Assembly: GCA_051362555.1 (NCBI GenBank)
Contig: CM120647.1
Location: 19,134,651 to 19,198,650, forward strand
Source: Lingula anatina
Lineage: Eukaryota; Animalia; Brachiopoda
Direction: 5' to 3'
DNA: 64,000 nt
A program made the translations under genes and the position numbers. The notes beneath the pieces are model-generated. The model saw only the letters and a list, made by a program, of their open reading frames with translations, was not told where the DNA came from and made no database searches. Below are positions 36,436-49,117 of the stretch, piece after piece (the first letter of the stretch is position 1; every line of letters begins with the position of its first letter).

Positions 36436-38939
36436 CATTAAGTTGAAATGTGCACTGCCAGAAGTTACAAAGTGATATGCTAGCTATTAAAGTAAAGGAG
36501 ACATACAATGTATCACGGAATTTTCGATTTCAGGGCTTGGACGGTAAAGGACAAACTAATGATAAATGACAGCAAAACTGATTTCTTGGTCATCACACAG
36601 CCTCATAATAAACACATTGCAGAAACCCTAAGTATCAGGATTGGTGAAATTTTGGTCTTCTCATGCAAAAAATTTTGGTGTATACATGGGCACCTCTCTG
36701 TCTATGGACAAATAGATATCGTCAATCCTCGTGTACAATTACTATTCTAAATGCCTTTGTTACATTTCGACTAGACAATTGAAGTTCTTTTCAAAACGTC
36801 TGCAACGTATTGAAATATCTGTGAAGGAGTTCTTATCCGCACATCTGTTACCAGTCACATTACCCCTTTATTCTCAAACAACCTCACTGGCTACCCATTA
36901 AGGCACGGATTCTTTTTAATTTTTAAGTATATGTACACGTTGCTTCTTGTAACAAACTACGACCCCCCTCCCCCCTGCCAATTACGCTCTTCCGACCATC
37001 TACTTTTAACATCGTGTGCGACTCTTACTGTCACAAATGTGGTGACAGTTCTTTTAAAGTCGCTGCACCTAGGGAACGGAATTCACTGCCATTTTCACTG
37101 GATATACTCTTCAGCTACTTTTAAAAGGGAACTCAAGATACATCTATTTAAAAAATATGAATAGAGTTTTCATTAATGACTTTTTAAAGTGAGTTATCAA
37201 GTAAATTTTTAATTTTTACATTATTTGATTTAATTTAATTTTCCTGTTTTAATCAATTATTTTACTAATCTTTGCATTTTTTCTCTTTGACATTTTATTG
37301 TAAAGTCTACTGAACAAATTTGGATTTGGATTAATAAATATTATTATTACCTATATTATTAATTTTGTTATTATTATTATCATAATTGATATTTAATTTC
37401 ATCTTAATTAAATGTAATATCTGACTGTCGGTTTATTTATTTATTTATTTTATTTTATTTCATTTATTTATTTATTTTGGGGTGGAAAATGGCTCATTTA
37501 AGTTTGCCTTAATCAAAGCTTAGAGTGCAAAATCAAAAGCAATGACTTACAAATAAGTATTCATATATACATTGCATTAATCACAGCTAAGAATGCAAAG
37601 AACAAAAGCAATGACTTAAAAATAAGTATTCATACATACATTGCATTAATCACAGCTAAGAATGCAAAACCAATGCCTCAAAAATAAGTTTTCATATAAA
37701 ATTTTCCTTGAGCGCAGCTTAGAGTGCAAAAATAAAAACAATGACTTACAACTGGAGAGAGAGGAATCTGAAGGAATGCAAACCTCCTTCCCACTTTCAC
37801 TTTCACTTACCAGAACAGCCTTCGTTCGTGGAAAACCTCTGTCCTGTGTAGCACAACATGCAATGGATATTCTGAAAATGCCGGTCATTACTCTCCACCA
37901 CATTAGAATACGATTTACAAGCGTCCATCAACGTTGATAAAACGCTCTCGTCTATGTTCCGTTGATTTCTCATGATGCCGTTGACGACACCATATGAGCA
38001 ACGTTTGTAAGCGGATTCTGGCAAGGTTGGGAAACATCGTCTCATGTGAGCCGGAGAAGAAGGCGTAAACTTAGCAAAACAATCTGTACCCCTTTCAATA
38101 TCACTGACCTTAGTAAGCAAACACTCTGTCGAATTACAGGCCAGGAAATCGTCACCATTTGAATACTTGCACCCAAGAGTCACTTCATAAGGGATGACAT
38201 CGTTGACACCATGACACGCAGCGCAGTATTTATTTTTGAACGTTGCATTTTGCATCTCGTCAAACACGGGCTGCGAAATTTCTAGTTTCTCTTGAACGGT
38301 TGTTACATTAAAGTCCCCGCTACATTTCAGTCTGTTGATGTCATCGAGGGGCCATGTTTCAGGACACTCATCCACCAGCCAGGCAAACTCGTAGAAAGCG
38401 ATAACATGGCCCACTCTTAGCGGGCGAGCGTCACTTAGGTACGGTATGTGCGAGCAGGATGAATAGCGACGGATGCCTTGTTCACTATCAGTCCTGAACA
38501 AAGACGAACCGTTGACCGGGCTGTCGGCCTGCTTCTCCTTTGAGACGTTTTCTTGGCTGGTGACACCATCAACGTTGTCGACGGTTGGTGGCGCCCCAGT
38601 GTCTTTTCGGAACGAGTTGTGACGGGTTGTCTCAAAGTCTGGACAAGCGACATTTTCGTGACAGCAATCATTATAGATGGGGCACATGTGATCACAGCGG
38701 CAATGGATCTTAAAACTGCTCAGTCTAAGGTACGGTTCCCTGCCTGGATGCTGCAGCTTGAACTCTCCACAAAGCCAGGTATTGCTGGGAAGAAGAGGGG
38801 GAGAGGCGGTCGTTGTCTTCGCTGGCAAAGTTGTCGGCCGTGCGGTGCTGACATATGCCGGTGGCTGATAATGTGAAGCGGTCGAGGTGGAGAAGTTGAC
38901 GAGAAACAAAGCAAATTCGAGTATCAAAAGGACACCCAT
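34765..38939 (-). CDS. Paralog 4: SMB-like, Cys-rich, putative GPI-anchored protein (~610 aa); exons 38939-37811, 36355-36264, 35812-35585, 35148-34765
   Basis: Signal peptide MGVLLILEFALFLVNFSTSTA; CRCDHMCPIYNDCC; TFKNKYCAACHG; FQNIHCMLC. GT-AG junctions in phases 1,0,0; 1129+92+228+384=1833 nt open frame; C-terminus ESSSGYLSKPFLGYFAFVIYVCHSLYVM*. Confidence 0.85.
36500..37330 (+). mobile_element. Decayed 3' fragment of an L2/CR1-clade LINE in intron 1 of paralog 4
   Basis: Fragments W...KLMINDSKTDFLVI, HITP....HWLPIKARI.F, LRSSD.LLL and FKRELKIHLFK are typical of L2 ORF2 C-termini; multiple frameshifts. Confidence 0.75.
37518..37750. repeat. ~68-bp tandem repeat, ~3.5 diverged copies
   Basis: GCT(T/A)AGA(G/A)TGCAAA...AATG(A/C)CT(T/C)A(C/A)AAATAAGT recurs at ~37518, 37586, 37655 and 37717. 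Confidence 0.75.
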
Positions 38940-38998
38940 GAATCAACCAGTGCGCTTGCCAAAATACTGAAAAGTGTCCTCTCTACCTTCTCGGCAGA

Positions 38999-39004
38999 TT
39001 TATA
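38999..39004 (-). promoter_or_regulatory. TATA box of paralog 4
   Basis: CCTTTATAAATC on the - strand 60 nt upstream of ATG 38939; a CRE palindrome (TGACGTCA) lies at ~39034. Confidence 0.55.
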
Positions 39005-39470
39005 AAGGCGTTGGCTTTTTAAAACACCCCGGATGACGTCAACTGATGTAGCCCTTTTTTCTCACCTATCCGCGTGTCCCGATAAGTCCATGACAGAATT
39101 TATACACGCTTTAATAATTTGGGAGCGGTATAGTTTAGGCTATACAACATTTATGATAATTTATTGAGAACTGAGTGGCGGCGCAGTGGAGCGTTTTCAG
39201 GCTCTCCAGTCTTACGATGAGAATCAAGCAATGATTGGTTAATGATTAGTGCCCTGAGCGCATTGCAGGTACATCTGTGTATAAAATTTAACTTACCAAT
39301 AGAATTACGATCCTATACATCATGCCAATCATAAGTTAAAAAGCACAGCCTCCTCCCATTTGCATCTCAAACTATATGGGGGACCTTGACTATGTTCACA
39401 GAGAGAGAGAGAGAGCCGTGTGGTGTTTTGTCAGCATGCCTTGGACCAGTTGAACAACAACAAAAATAAA

Positions 39471-39530
<60 letters not shown>

Positions 39531-40602
39531 GCCAATGAACGAAATTGAATGAAAATTGATCTACACTTTCGGATAAAAATATTCAGTCTTACTTGTCGAT
39601 GTCAATGAAAAGTAGTACAGTGTCTGTATTGTACGTGTAAGACGAAAATGCCTAACTTATCAGACGAGATCATTAGTCAAGACCAGCAATACATGTACAT
39701 GGAATTATATACCTGCATATTTGACCAATTATTAGAAATTTAGAACATTTTTCGAAATGAAATTATTTTGTTTAAGCGGTTACTGGTCCTCGTTTATTTC
39801 ACATCCACCAGTGTTTTGTCTGAAGTTAGAATATGAAAGGTCACTTCTCTGTGAAAAGACTTCCTCTTGTGTCGTGACAAGAATGTACCATTAAAACATC
39901 ATAATGAGGCAGTTTGAGGCGTTTTCGTCATGAAAGGTTGTTTTTATCAAAAGTTTATGAAAGGTTGTTATTCGTCGCCAGCTGAACCTTATTCTGAGCA
40001 CCATCTTGTTAATGCCAAATTAGTTAAGCACAATTTCTGACATTTGGGAAATCATTTTTCCTAATAATGCAGCTGTCAGCTGTATCATTAGCGGTGCTTT
40101 ATAAAATGTCGCATTTATTTATCATTTGTACAAAGGTTGGCTTGTACATTTATAAATGTAAAATTATGATTCCAAAAAAGACATAAAGGAATAGATAGAA
40201 TATATTCCATATTTTCAAAAACTGCTTTAAATTGAAATGTATGAATTTAATTTATAACATCATAAAATTAGTAACAATTGAAATGGGTAAAGAATAAAGC
40301 CTTCATATTTCCGAATTTGGCAATTTAATGTCTAAGTATTAAAAAATTCACTCTGTAAAAAGCGGTGTATGTTAAATTCGCAAATGACTTGAATGGGGCA
40401 TTCTTTTGCACTCATCTTACCGACATTGTAGTGATACAATGTGATCTGGAGTGCTTCTTGATTCCAGCTCTCAGGATAAAGTTATCTAAATACGCTTTTC
40501 TGAATGTAATGTCTTTTGATTCCAACTATGACTTGGAAAAGTGTTGATCTTTTTTTATTGTCACGCAGTCAATATTTGGCAGCTCCCTTACGGATATACC
40601 AA

Positions 40603-40757
40603 TGTAACAGGAATGGCAGTCCTACATATAAGAATAGAAGTCCGGGGTACCACATGATTTGTGCAGGTAAGACTTAGTCAGAGTATTGGAATTACCACAT
40701 AGGGTGAAAGTCACCTGTACAGAGAGTTTCTAGCGGACTACCATTCCTGTCACACCG
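40603..40757. mobile_element. Small MITE-like element (TGTAACAGGAATGGCAGTCC...GGACTACCATTCCTGTCACACCG); related copy at ~44370-44546
   Basis: The terminal segments are reverse-complementary. The second copy has the same AGCGGACTACCATTCCT end and an internal GGTTAGGGTTAG. Confidence 0.55.
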
Positions 40758-41601
40758 ATTCTCTTTAATATTTGGTGTACACAAAGCATAAATATTCATC
40801 CGAGGTTATGACTAGTTAAGCATGTATATGTTCAGAGACTCAAAAGGACATCAGGCTTCACCATTCCAATTACTTTATACAACTGTATATGCAGGAGAGA
40901 GATGATGGTCAAAAAACCAAATACACTTTTTTAAAGAGTTTTAATATATTTAATGCCATTGGATCATTTCATTCTATGCCACTTACAAGGTGTCAGACAA
41001 TTGCAAATCATAAGAACTTTGAGGGCTGTGCTGCACACGCTTATAATTGATGGAGACACCAGTTGTCATGAGCTCGCCTGTCTTCATAGCGAAAACGATA
41101 GGTCCTATGTTTGTTCATTTAAGATTACTTTAACATTCGAGCGTACGAATAGACGTCGTGATTAGAAAGATGACACTTTAAGCACATCATGTGCCTCAAT
41201 AATAATGCCGTTGCAAGCTCCGATACGTATTTTATTCTAGTAAATGAGGCAGGCCATGCTCAGCTCTTTCAGATTAATTTCGCACGTATTAATCGCTCAC
41301 GCTTATTTTTTGTCGGAGAAGCAGATTAAACTGAATTGAACAAATTTTGGTAAAAGGCATACTTTCTTATCTTTCACAACTTCTTTTTATGGGGCCCCAA
41401 TTTAAGCAGTGTCCATGGGCCACTGTTGTTCTTCATATATACCCTGACACTACCCTCTACCAGGGCGACAGAGTGATTTTTCACAAGATATTCACATATA
41501 CTCAGTATATGTCTTTAGATAAATAGACAGTCGTTTGATTCTCTGCCTTTTTGAAATTTGCATGTACGCTGATAATACTCAGAACTAAGCTTTGTCACTA
41601 A

Positions 41602-41817
41602 GGGTGCATTCCCAGAGATTTAGATCGATCCAGAGATTTAGATTTAGATCGACCTGGGGTTCACGCAAAATTGCAGTCAGCCGAGTGTGCACCATAGTTA
41701 ATTACCCCCTTACAGCTTTTAATAGGCGGGACAGACGCTTAAGCCGGCTAAGCTGACAGTAATCTAGTGAGACTCCCCACAGGGATGGATCGATCTAAAA
41801 TCTATGGGAATGGGGTC
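41602..41817. mobile_element. Harbinger-type MITE family copy
   Basis: ~30-bp imperfect TIR (..CATTCCCAGAGATTTAGATCGATC) with TAA/TTA flanks. The interior is closely similar to 45714-45927. Confidence 0.75.
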
Positions 41818-41859
41818 TTATATAATCCTGAACTGTCTTTGGATAAAATTACCAACTTT

Positions 41860-42560
41860 GCGGCTGATATTAGCTCCTGGCTCACCAACAACAAACTGAG
41901 AAGACTGAGTTTTTATTAATAGCCCAACCACATAACAAGAAATTTGCACAGAATCTACAACTCGAATTACCAGTATCTAGGCACTCGTGTCTTGAACCCT
42001 TTATCACACGTGAAAAACCTGAGCGTCTTCTTCGACTCAACTCTCTCCATGGATGGACAAATATCAAGTATCACTCAATTATGAATTATGAATTTTTAAC
42101 ATTAGAAACATAGGTGCTATTAGAAACTACTTGGATAAATCCTCTGCGGCAACGGTTAAACTCGCTATGATTACCTCTCGTTTAGACTGCTGAAGAACGA
42201 AAGAAAACTGCAGCGAATTCAGGATATTTCAGCGCGTCTGTTAACCCGCACAGCCAGGGAGACTCATATCACACCCATTTTAAAGCAGGTGCACTGGCTA
42301 TCAGAGCACGCATTATATTCAGAATTTTAACTTAACTTTTCATCAATCTACTTAAATAGTTTTTCTCTAAAACACAGTTTAAGGTCAATCGACCAGTTAT
42401 TGCTGAAGCCATATATTGCCAGATTGAAAACATAGGGCAACCTACATGTAGCTCTTCAAGCCTATGGACCAAATGAATAGAACATTCCCCCAGTGTGCTT
42501 AAAAACTATAGAGTTAGAGGACAATTCCCCAAAAGGGTGAACAACTTTTATTTTTAAAAA
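41860..42560 (+). mobile_element. Decayed L2-clade LINE fragment
   Basis: ISSWLTNNKL, IRNIGAIRNYLDKSSA...ITSRLD and LQRIQ.ISARLLTRT.RETHITPILKQVHWL occur in shifting frames. Confidence 0.8.
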
Positions 42561-42677
42561 TTTGATTTGACTGACTTTTTATTTTTACATTTTTCTATAT
42601 ATTTTATTGTCATATTATATATTATTATATTTTATGATATTTTACATTTATTTTACAATTATCCACATTTTTCTACC

Positions 42678-42713
<36 letters not shown>

Positions 42714-42907
42714 GCAGGTCAATGTGGAAAGAAATTTAAACATAAATGTTTGATATGAATGTTAAAGAAATTATCAAAATTATTTTATTTATTAAAGTTT
42801 TTCTTTAATTAGCCTTTGAATGTGAGTCCGCCGGCCATGGATATTGAACCATGCATTTCTTTCTACAAAACATACGGTACCTTTTTTAGATATTTATTGG
42901 ATTTTTC

Positions 42908-42939
<32 letters not shown>

Positions 42940-43159
42940 TTGTCAGACCAACAGAAAAATCTTGTAATTGTTTTTGAACACTCGTTTTGCGAAATGTCGT
43001 CTAATAAGATCGTAGGACGACGCTCTGCTGAGCATCAATCAAACACACTATACATTAAAATGGCTGAGAGAGAGAGCTCTTGGATAAAATGTCACAGTGG
43101 CGAAGAGTTTCCGAATCGCGTGCCGATAGCAAAATAATGTAGATTCTACGTCTATGGTT

Positions 43160-43208
<49 letters not shown>

Positions 43209-43316
43209 CTACGAAGAAATAATACCAATTTTACTGAGTCGGTAACTTTTTGGGTAGATTGTGCGCACAACCAGTTCATGGGCGTTACAAAATCGAGGAA
43301 CGTGACTTTATTTAAG

Positions 43317-43597
43317 CAGGGGCGGATCCAGGATTATTTGAAGGGGGAGGGGAGGAGCCACAGATGCAAAGCCAACCCTCCCCCCCCCCCCTCCACCTTT
43401 TGCGTGGGGTTCGGGACCCACTAAAAGGCATCGAAAAAAATGGTATTTTAGAGGGCGAACGGTGCCATTTGCGACTGATTAAAACTATGAACTAGCTAGT
43501 CAAAATTTTAATTTCAAGAGGGGAACACCTGTATGCTTTCTTTCAGAAATCGAAGGGGGTCAGGACCCCCTTGACACGCCCCTTAAATTTGCTACTG
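43317..43597. mobile_element. CAGGGGCGGATCCAGG-family non-autonomous element
   Basis: Shares its termini and interior motifs with 16565-16685; no TSD recognisable. Confidence 0.55.
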
Positions 43598-45713
43598 TTA
43601 GACCAACTTCAAGTTATCTTTTTATGTATACTTCTATGTGGAATAACCACGCGACCACGTATTGCATTTATACTTACTCTCCTTCAAATTCCCCTTCAGG
43701 AAATTTACATTTGAGACAATTTATATTCTCTCTCCCAAGACATGCGTGACTTCTTTACTGCTTAGCTTACTTAAGGCCTCATCCCCATTGAAGCTATTGT
43801 TCAGTGAAAATCGATCCAACGCTGTGGTACTCTCGCTTAATGCAATCAGATTAACAGATTAACACGCCTTCTTCTGGCTTGAGTAGAATACAGAAAAGCT
43901 GGTGAATTTACGAGGATGTTGGAAACAAGAGGCTTTACCCCCATTACTCCCATCATTGATACCACTACCCCCCCCCCCCCCCCCCCCCCAAAGCAATCCT
44001 TAACCATATCTTGTGCCTGCCAGTGTAACGAGAAGGGTTTCGCTAGAAAGATATGAGTAGAATGCTCATAGATAACTGAAAGCTCAGTTCATGCCGGGGC
44101 GCGGGAGGGGGGAGGGGGGGAGTGATCGCAATATTGTGACGTACTATAGAGCATACTGCATGCCGTCAACTGTTTATTGTCTTCCTCGGCTGTATTAGTA
44201 AGGTACGTGAGAGATAATGTCTTTGTTGTGCTATGTACTAACGCATTCCTATACTGAGTGAATCCCAAGCAACTTTATAATATTAAGACACTGTCTCAAG
44301 TAGCGTGTACAACTGTAGCACTAAGGTATATGAGGACAATTAAACGTGCGCAGACAAAGACAAGGGGTTCGTATACGGCAGGAATGGAAGTCCAAGAAAT
44401 GGGAGTCCTGCAAGGGGTCCCATATGATTAGTACAGGTTAGGGTTAGTCGTAGTATTGGGGTTAGTATATGGGACGAATGTGGCCTGTACAAAGTAATGG
44501 GAAGCAGACTACAGTTCCTAGCGGACTACCATTCCTATCAAACCCGGCATACCCGCATTTTTTTTTTTTTTTTTTTTTTGCTTCTAAAATATGATCTACT
44601 ATAGTAAATGAAAAAAGGGAGACCCTTTGTAAAAAAAAGGGCGTTTTCTTTCTTCCTTCCTTCCTTTCTTTCTTTTTGCATGCTTTCCTCCTCCCTTTAT
44701 TTATTTGTTAGTTTGTTAATTTTACTTTAGTAAGACTGAGGGTGTCGAGCTCGTGTAGGATCAGCTGCTGCAAATAAGCATTCCACTTGTCAAAATTGAA
44801 CTTTTCTCTGTTCAATTATTTCCCAAATTGATAAATGGTCTTAATGTCGCACGATTTTGCCTAAAAGCTGTTTGATATAAGCCATAAAGATGGTGACATT
44901 TGCTGTCGATGATGTAGATGAAATTACAAACCTCGTTTTTACTCGAAAATTTTCAGTGAAAACTGACTGTGAGCTTTGAACTCAACATCCGGGAGGGGGG
45001 GGGGGGGGTTGTCATTAAAATAACACTGGTCGTGAATTAAAAAAAGGTCCAGTGAAAATTTGATAATGCAGTATAAGCTGTTTTGAAAACCTGATGCCTT
45101 TGGCATGACAGAATAGTTCACACAACATTTGATAATATAGTATTGTATGTTACTCATCCTACTTATGCAATTTCAAATAAACACCATTTAACCTAAATAC
45201 CATGCAGCATGACACTTAGGGCCCTTTCCCATTTGAAAAAGTGGATTACGTAGATCGATCCAAGTCCGCGAAAAGTAACGTTTAACAACTTCAGTATAGG
45301 CGTGCCAGATACCTAAGCCACTTAAGCTGAGTGCAATTTAGCGAGAGTCCCCTCGGAGATGGGTCGATCCTGTTAGCTGATCTAGGTATGGGAACGGGGT
45401 CTCTCTGCACGCCAATACTGTATAGTGTGCTTGTTCGACAAAAGTTGAAATACAATTAACATTATTTGATTATTTATGCTCTCATCCACTCAGCCATTTT
45501 TCTTTTTCATAACTAGCCGCAACGTATTGCAGTGATGCAACGCTGGTTATATACACTGTTTGGCTTGGTAAAAGTAAAACATGGAATATGTGAAGTGATA
45601 TAGCAATGGGTTTATATTCCATCGGTCTTGGTACTCCCAACGAAACTATCGTTCTACGTAGCTCAATCCAACCCCGCGGGGAGCCTTGATGAATGCAAAC
45701 AGTTAAACACTTA

Positions 45714-45927
45714 GACCCCATTTCCAGAGATTAGATCGATCTACTTTAGATCGACCTTACTCCCTGGGGTTCACGCTAAATAGCTGTCAGCCGAGCGGAC
45801 ACGAAAGTTAATTACCCCCTTACAGCTTGTAGTAGGCGGGACGGACATTTAAGCCGGATTATCTGACAGTAATCTAGTGAGACTCCCTGCGGGGATAGAT
45901 CGATCTAAAAGCTCTGGGAATACAGCC
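45714..45927. mobile_element. Harbinger-type MITE family copy (TSD TTA)
   Basis: TTA|GACCCCATTTCCAGAGATTAGATCGATC ... GATCGATCTAAAAGCTCTGGGAATACAGCC|TTA. A more diverged relative lies at ~45218-45403. Confidence 0.75.
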
Positions 45928-47009
45928 TTAAACATGCTTCCCATGATCCCAACGTACTTGTATAACCATCAGCTTTTCTGTATTCTTCTCAACGCCAAAA
46001 GCAGGTGTGTTGATCTGTTACACTGATTGCATTCATCGGGACCCTTAGCAAAATGAAAAGTTTGCAGCAAACTTGCAAAAAATTTGCAGCAAATTTGCTG
46101 CAAACCAAATAGTTTGCAAGAAACTGTTTGCAGGTTGTTGCAAGAAAAATCACAGTTGTTGCAAATTTGCTGCAAATTTGTAGGAAGATTAAAAGTTTGC
46201 AGGTAGTTCGCAAGAAAACTATCATTTTCTAGCGAATTTGCAGCAAATTTGCAAGAAAGCTTCTATTTTCTTGCAAATTTGCAGCAAATTTGTAAGAAGA
46301 CCCTCATTTACATAAAAGTTTGCTGGAAGTTTGCAAGAAAGACTATACACTGTTGCAAATTTGCAGCAAATTTGCAAGAAACTGCTCATTTACATAAAAG
46401 CCTGAAGAAAGTTTGCAAGGATAAATATACCCTGTTGCAAATTTGCAGAAAATTTGCAAGAAAACCTTCATTTACATAACATTTTGCAGGAAGTTTGCAA
46501 GAAAGACTAACATTGTTGCAAATGCAGTAAATTTGCAATAAACTCCTCATTTACATAAAGGTTTGCAAGAAACTCAGCTTTTATACACACCAAGTTAATT
46601 CATTTGCAAGAAATTGCAAAAAATTATTTCATGTTTGCAGCAAATTTGCAAATTCTTTTTCATATAAAAGTTTGCCTGAGTTTTGCAAGAAAGTCCATAC
46701 CTTTTTTTTACTAACATACAGTTAAATTAATGATGTTTGCACTGAGCATGGGTGTCAGGAAGTGCCATTTTCAAGCCAAAATATTAGTATTAAGTTTTAA
46801 AAAAGAAAAAAAAAGACCAAGTTAACTAACAGCTTATGAGATTTTTGCACGAAACTAAGAAATTTATAAACTTTAGTTTATGAGAAGTCTGAAGACACCT
46901 GAAGACACTTAGACATTTGTTAATAGTTTGGGAGAAGTTTGCAAGATGACATTTACTTAGTTTGCATAAAATTTGCAAGATACTCAGCAGTCTACTTACA
47001 GTTTGCGAT

Positions 47010-47630
47010 AAGTTTGCAAGAAACTTGGACATAAACTTACAATTCACAAGAAGTTTGCAAGAAACTTAAACAATTACTTACAGCTTGCAAAAAGTTTGAA
47101 AGAAAATTAGTCAAATACTTACAGTTCGCCATAAGTTTGCAAGAAACTTAGACATCAACTTACAGTTCACAAGAAGTTTGAAAGAAACTTAGACAATTAC
47201 TTACAGTTCGCGATAACTTTGCAAGAAACTTAGACAATTACTTACAGTTCGCGACAAGTTTGCAAGAAACTTAGACAATTACTTACAGTTCGCGACAAAT
47301 TTGCAAGAAACTTAGACAATTACTTACAATTCGCGACAAGTTTGCAAGAAACTTAGACAATTACTTACAGTTCGCGACAAGTTTGCAAGAAACTTAGACA
47401 ATTACTTACAGTTCGCGACAAGTTTGCAAGAAACTTAGACAATTACTTACAGTTCGCGACAAGTTTGCAAGAAACTTAGACAATTACTTACAGTTCGCAA
47501 CAAGTTTGCAAGAAACTTAGACAATTACTTACAGTTCGCGATAATTTTGCAAGAAACTTAGAAATTAACTTACAGTTCACAAGAAGTTTGCAAAAAAAAA
47601 AAAGGGCTATTTGCTTACAGTTTGCAAAAA
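47010..47630. repeat. 41-bp tandem array inside the CACTA left arm
   Basis: Unit AGTTTGCAAGAAACTTAGACAATTACTTACAGTTCGCGACA; GCAAG occurs at 47221, 47262 ... 47549 (9 in exact register), with degenerate units on both sides. Confidence 0.95.
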
Positions 47631-47959
47631 ACTTATAAAAATAGAAATTAACTTTTTTTTTTTTAATAATCAAGATTTAGGCATTTGAAAACTTCTTTTC
47701 CATTCTCGAATCCATCCTTACTCAAACTAACAAAATTGTACTAAAAAAAAAAAAAAAAACAAACAATTCATGTACAGTTATGGATTTTGCCCACTTTTTG
47801 GCCAAATTTATTATTTACATAACCCCACATAAAAAAATAGTTCCAAAGGCTTATATAAATGATTATTTATTCATTATAACATTTGTACTTGACATAATTT
47901 AAGTTCTTATATATTATTATCAAATTAATACTTTGATTTACTGCTTATAAAACCGAGTA

Positions 47960-48560
47960 ACCAGGATGATGTTAAGATTTCATAGGGTTTTCGTGATTTA
48001 GGCAGATTTGGAGCAATACTGAATTATGATGTAACCCACCAACTATCAATGAACATAAAAATCAACACTACACGGGATGACATTCCTGAGAAGTACTTCT
48101 TAAAAACAAATAAACTCTTTAGCCCAGGGTGAGTTTGCAAACCAGTGTATACTGATGAGCATGTGAAGATCACTTAATTGACTCCCAGTAATTGCATGGG
48201 CAGACCACGGCATACAGAAAAATGAGCAAAATACTAAGGTGCACTGTCAAGTTATGATCAGGGTAAATTGGTTTGTCACATGGGTCATCACAGGTATCTC
48301 CATTGAATCATCATCACTGTCACTATAATCACCATCACAGTGGACTTCATTACTCAACTCTTCTTCGCTATAAGAGAAGTTAGGACCACAGTTTTCTTTG
48401 CCATTGTCATTTTCACAAACTTCTTTTAGTTGTGTTATTGTGTCAGATATGTCACATATAGCTGTTGCTTTAATATTCTGTACATCCAACTCTTTGGCAT
48501 TCTCAGGATAAGGTCTTTATCTTTTGGGTCTCACTCTACCAAGTTGGTCAGCCATCTTGT
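47960..48560 (-). pseudogene. N-terminal relic of an EnSpm-type transposase
   Basis: Acceptor TTTTAG| then MADQLGRVRPKR*..., an acidic tract, then (joining frameshifts) PIYPDHNLTVHLSILLIFLYAV..HAITGSQLSDLHMLISIH..QTHPGLKSLFVFKKYFS. This resembles the N-terminus of animal EnSpm transposases. No catalytic region seen. Confidence 0.6.
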
Positions 48561-49071
48561 CTAAAATAAATAAGAAAAAAAGAATTATGAAAAATATATG
48601 TCACAATAAGCCTAGATTGATCAAATTTATTATAACAGGTCTCATGATTAATAAAAAAAGATGTACATTTTCAGTCCCCATTTACTATAGATTACTAAGT
48701 AGCATTGTATTCAAAGCAGAAAGATTCTCATTTCAGTATATAGCACCTACATAAACAAACTGATTTCTATCTAAGCAAAGAACAGTGGTCCTTCAATTGA
48801 AATGCATACTAGTAAGGGTGGAACTTCAAATTCAGTGTCCTTGACACATCTGGTCTTTCAAATTTTCATGGATAATTACAGTGCAGCAGAATGGCTCTTT
48901 GGTTCTTTTATGGAAACTACACACCTGAGAGATAATTAACTAAGCAGACCAACATATTACACACTGATTCTTATCTGAGAGGTCTTTCAATTCAATTTGT
49001 TAAATCTCTAAGCCCTGTGGTTCATCAGAATGAAACAATGAAAGAATTAAATGCAAATTATTTAAACTTAA

Positions 49072-49117
<46 letters not shown>

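Noticed and set aside
39172-39270. tRNA/SINE-like head (GGCGCAGTGG A-box-like)
   Set aside because: There is no clear B box, cloverleaf or second copy; at most a very decayed SINE.
47217-47560. Regular 41-bp repeats resembling a CRISPR array
   Set aside because: The units are contiguous with no unique spacers, there are no cas genes, and the context is eukaryotic; it is a minisatellite within a transposon.
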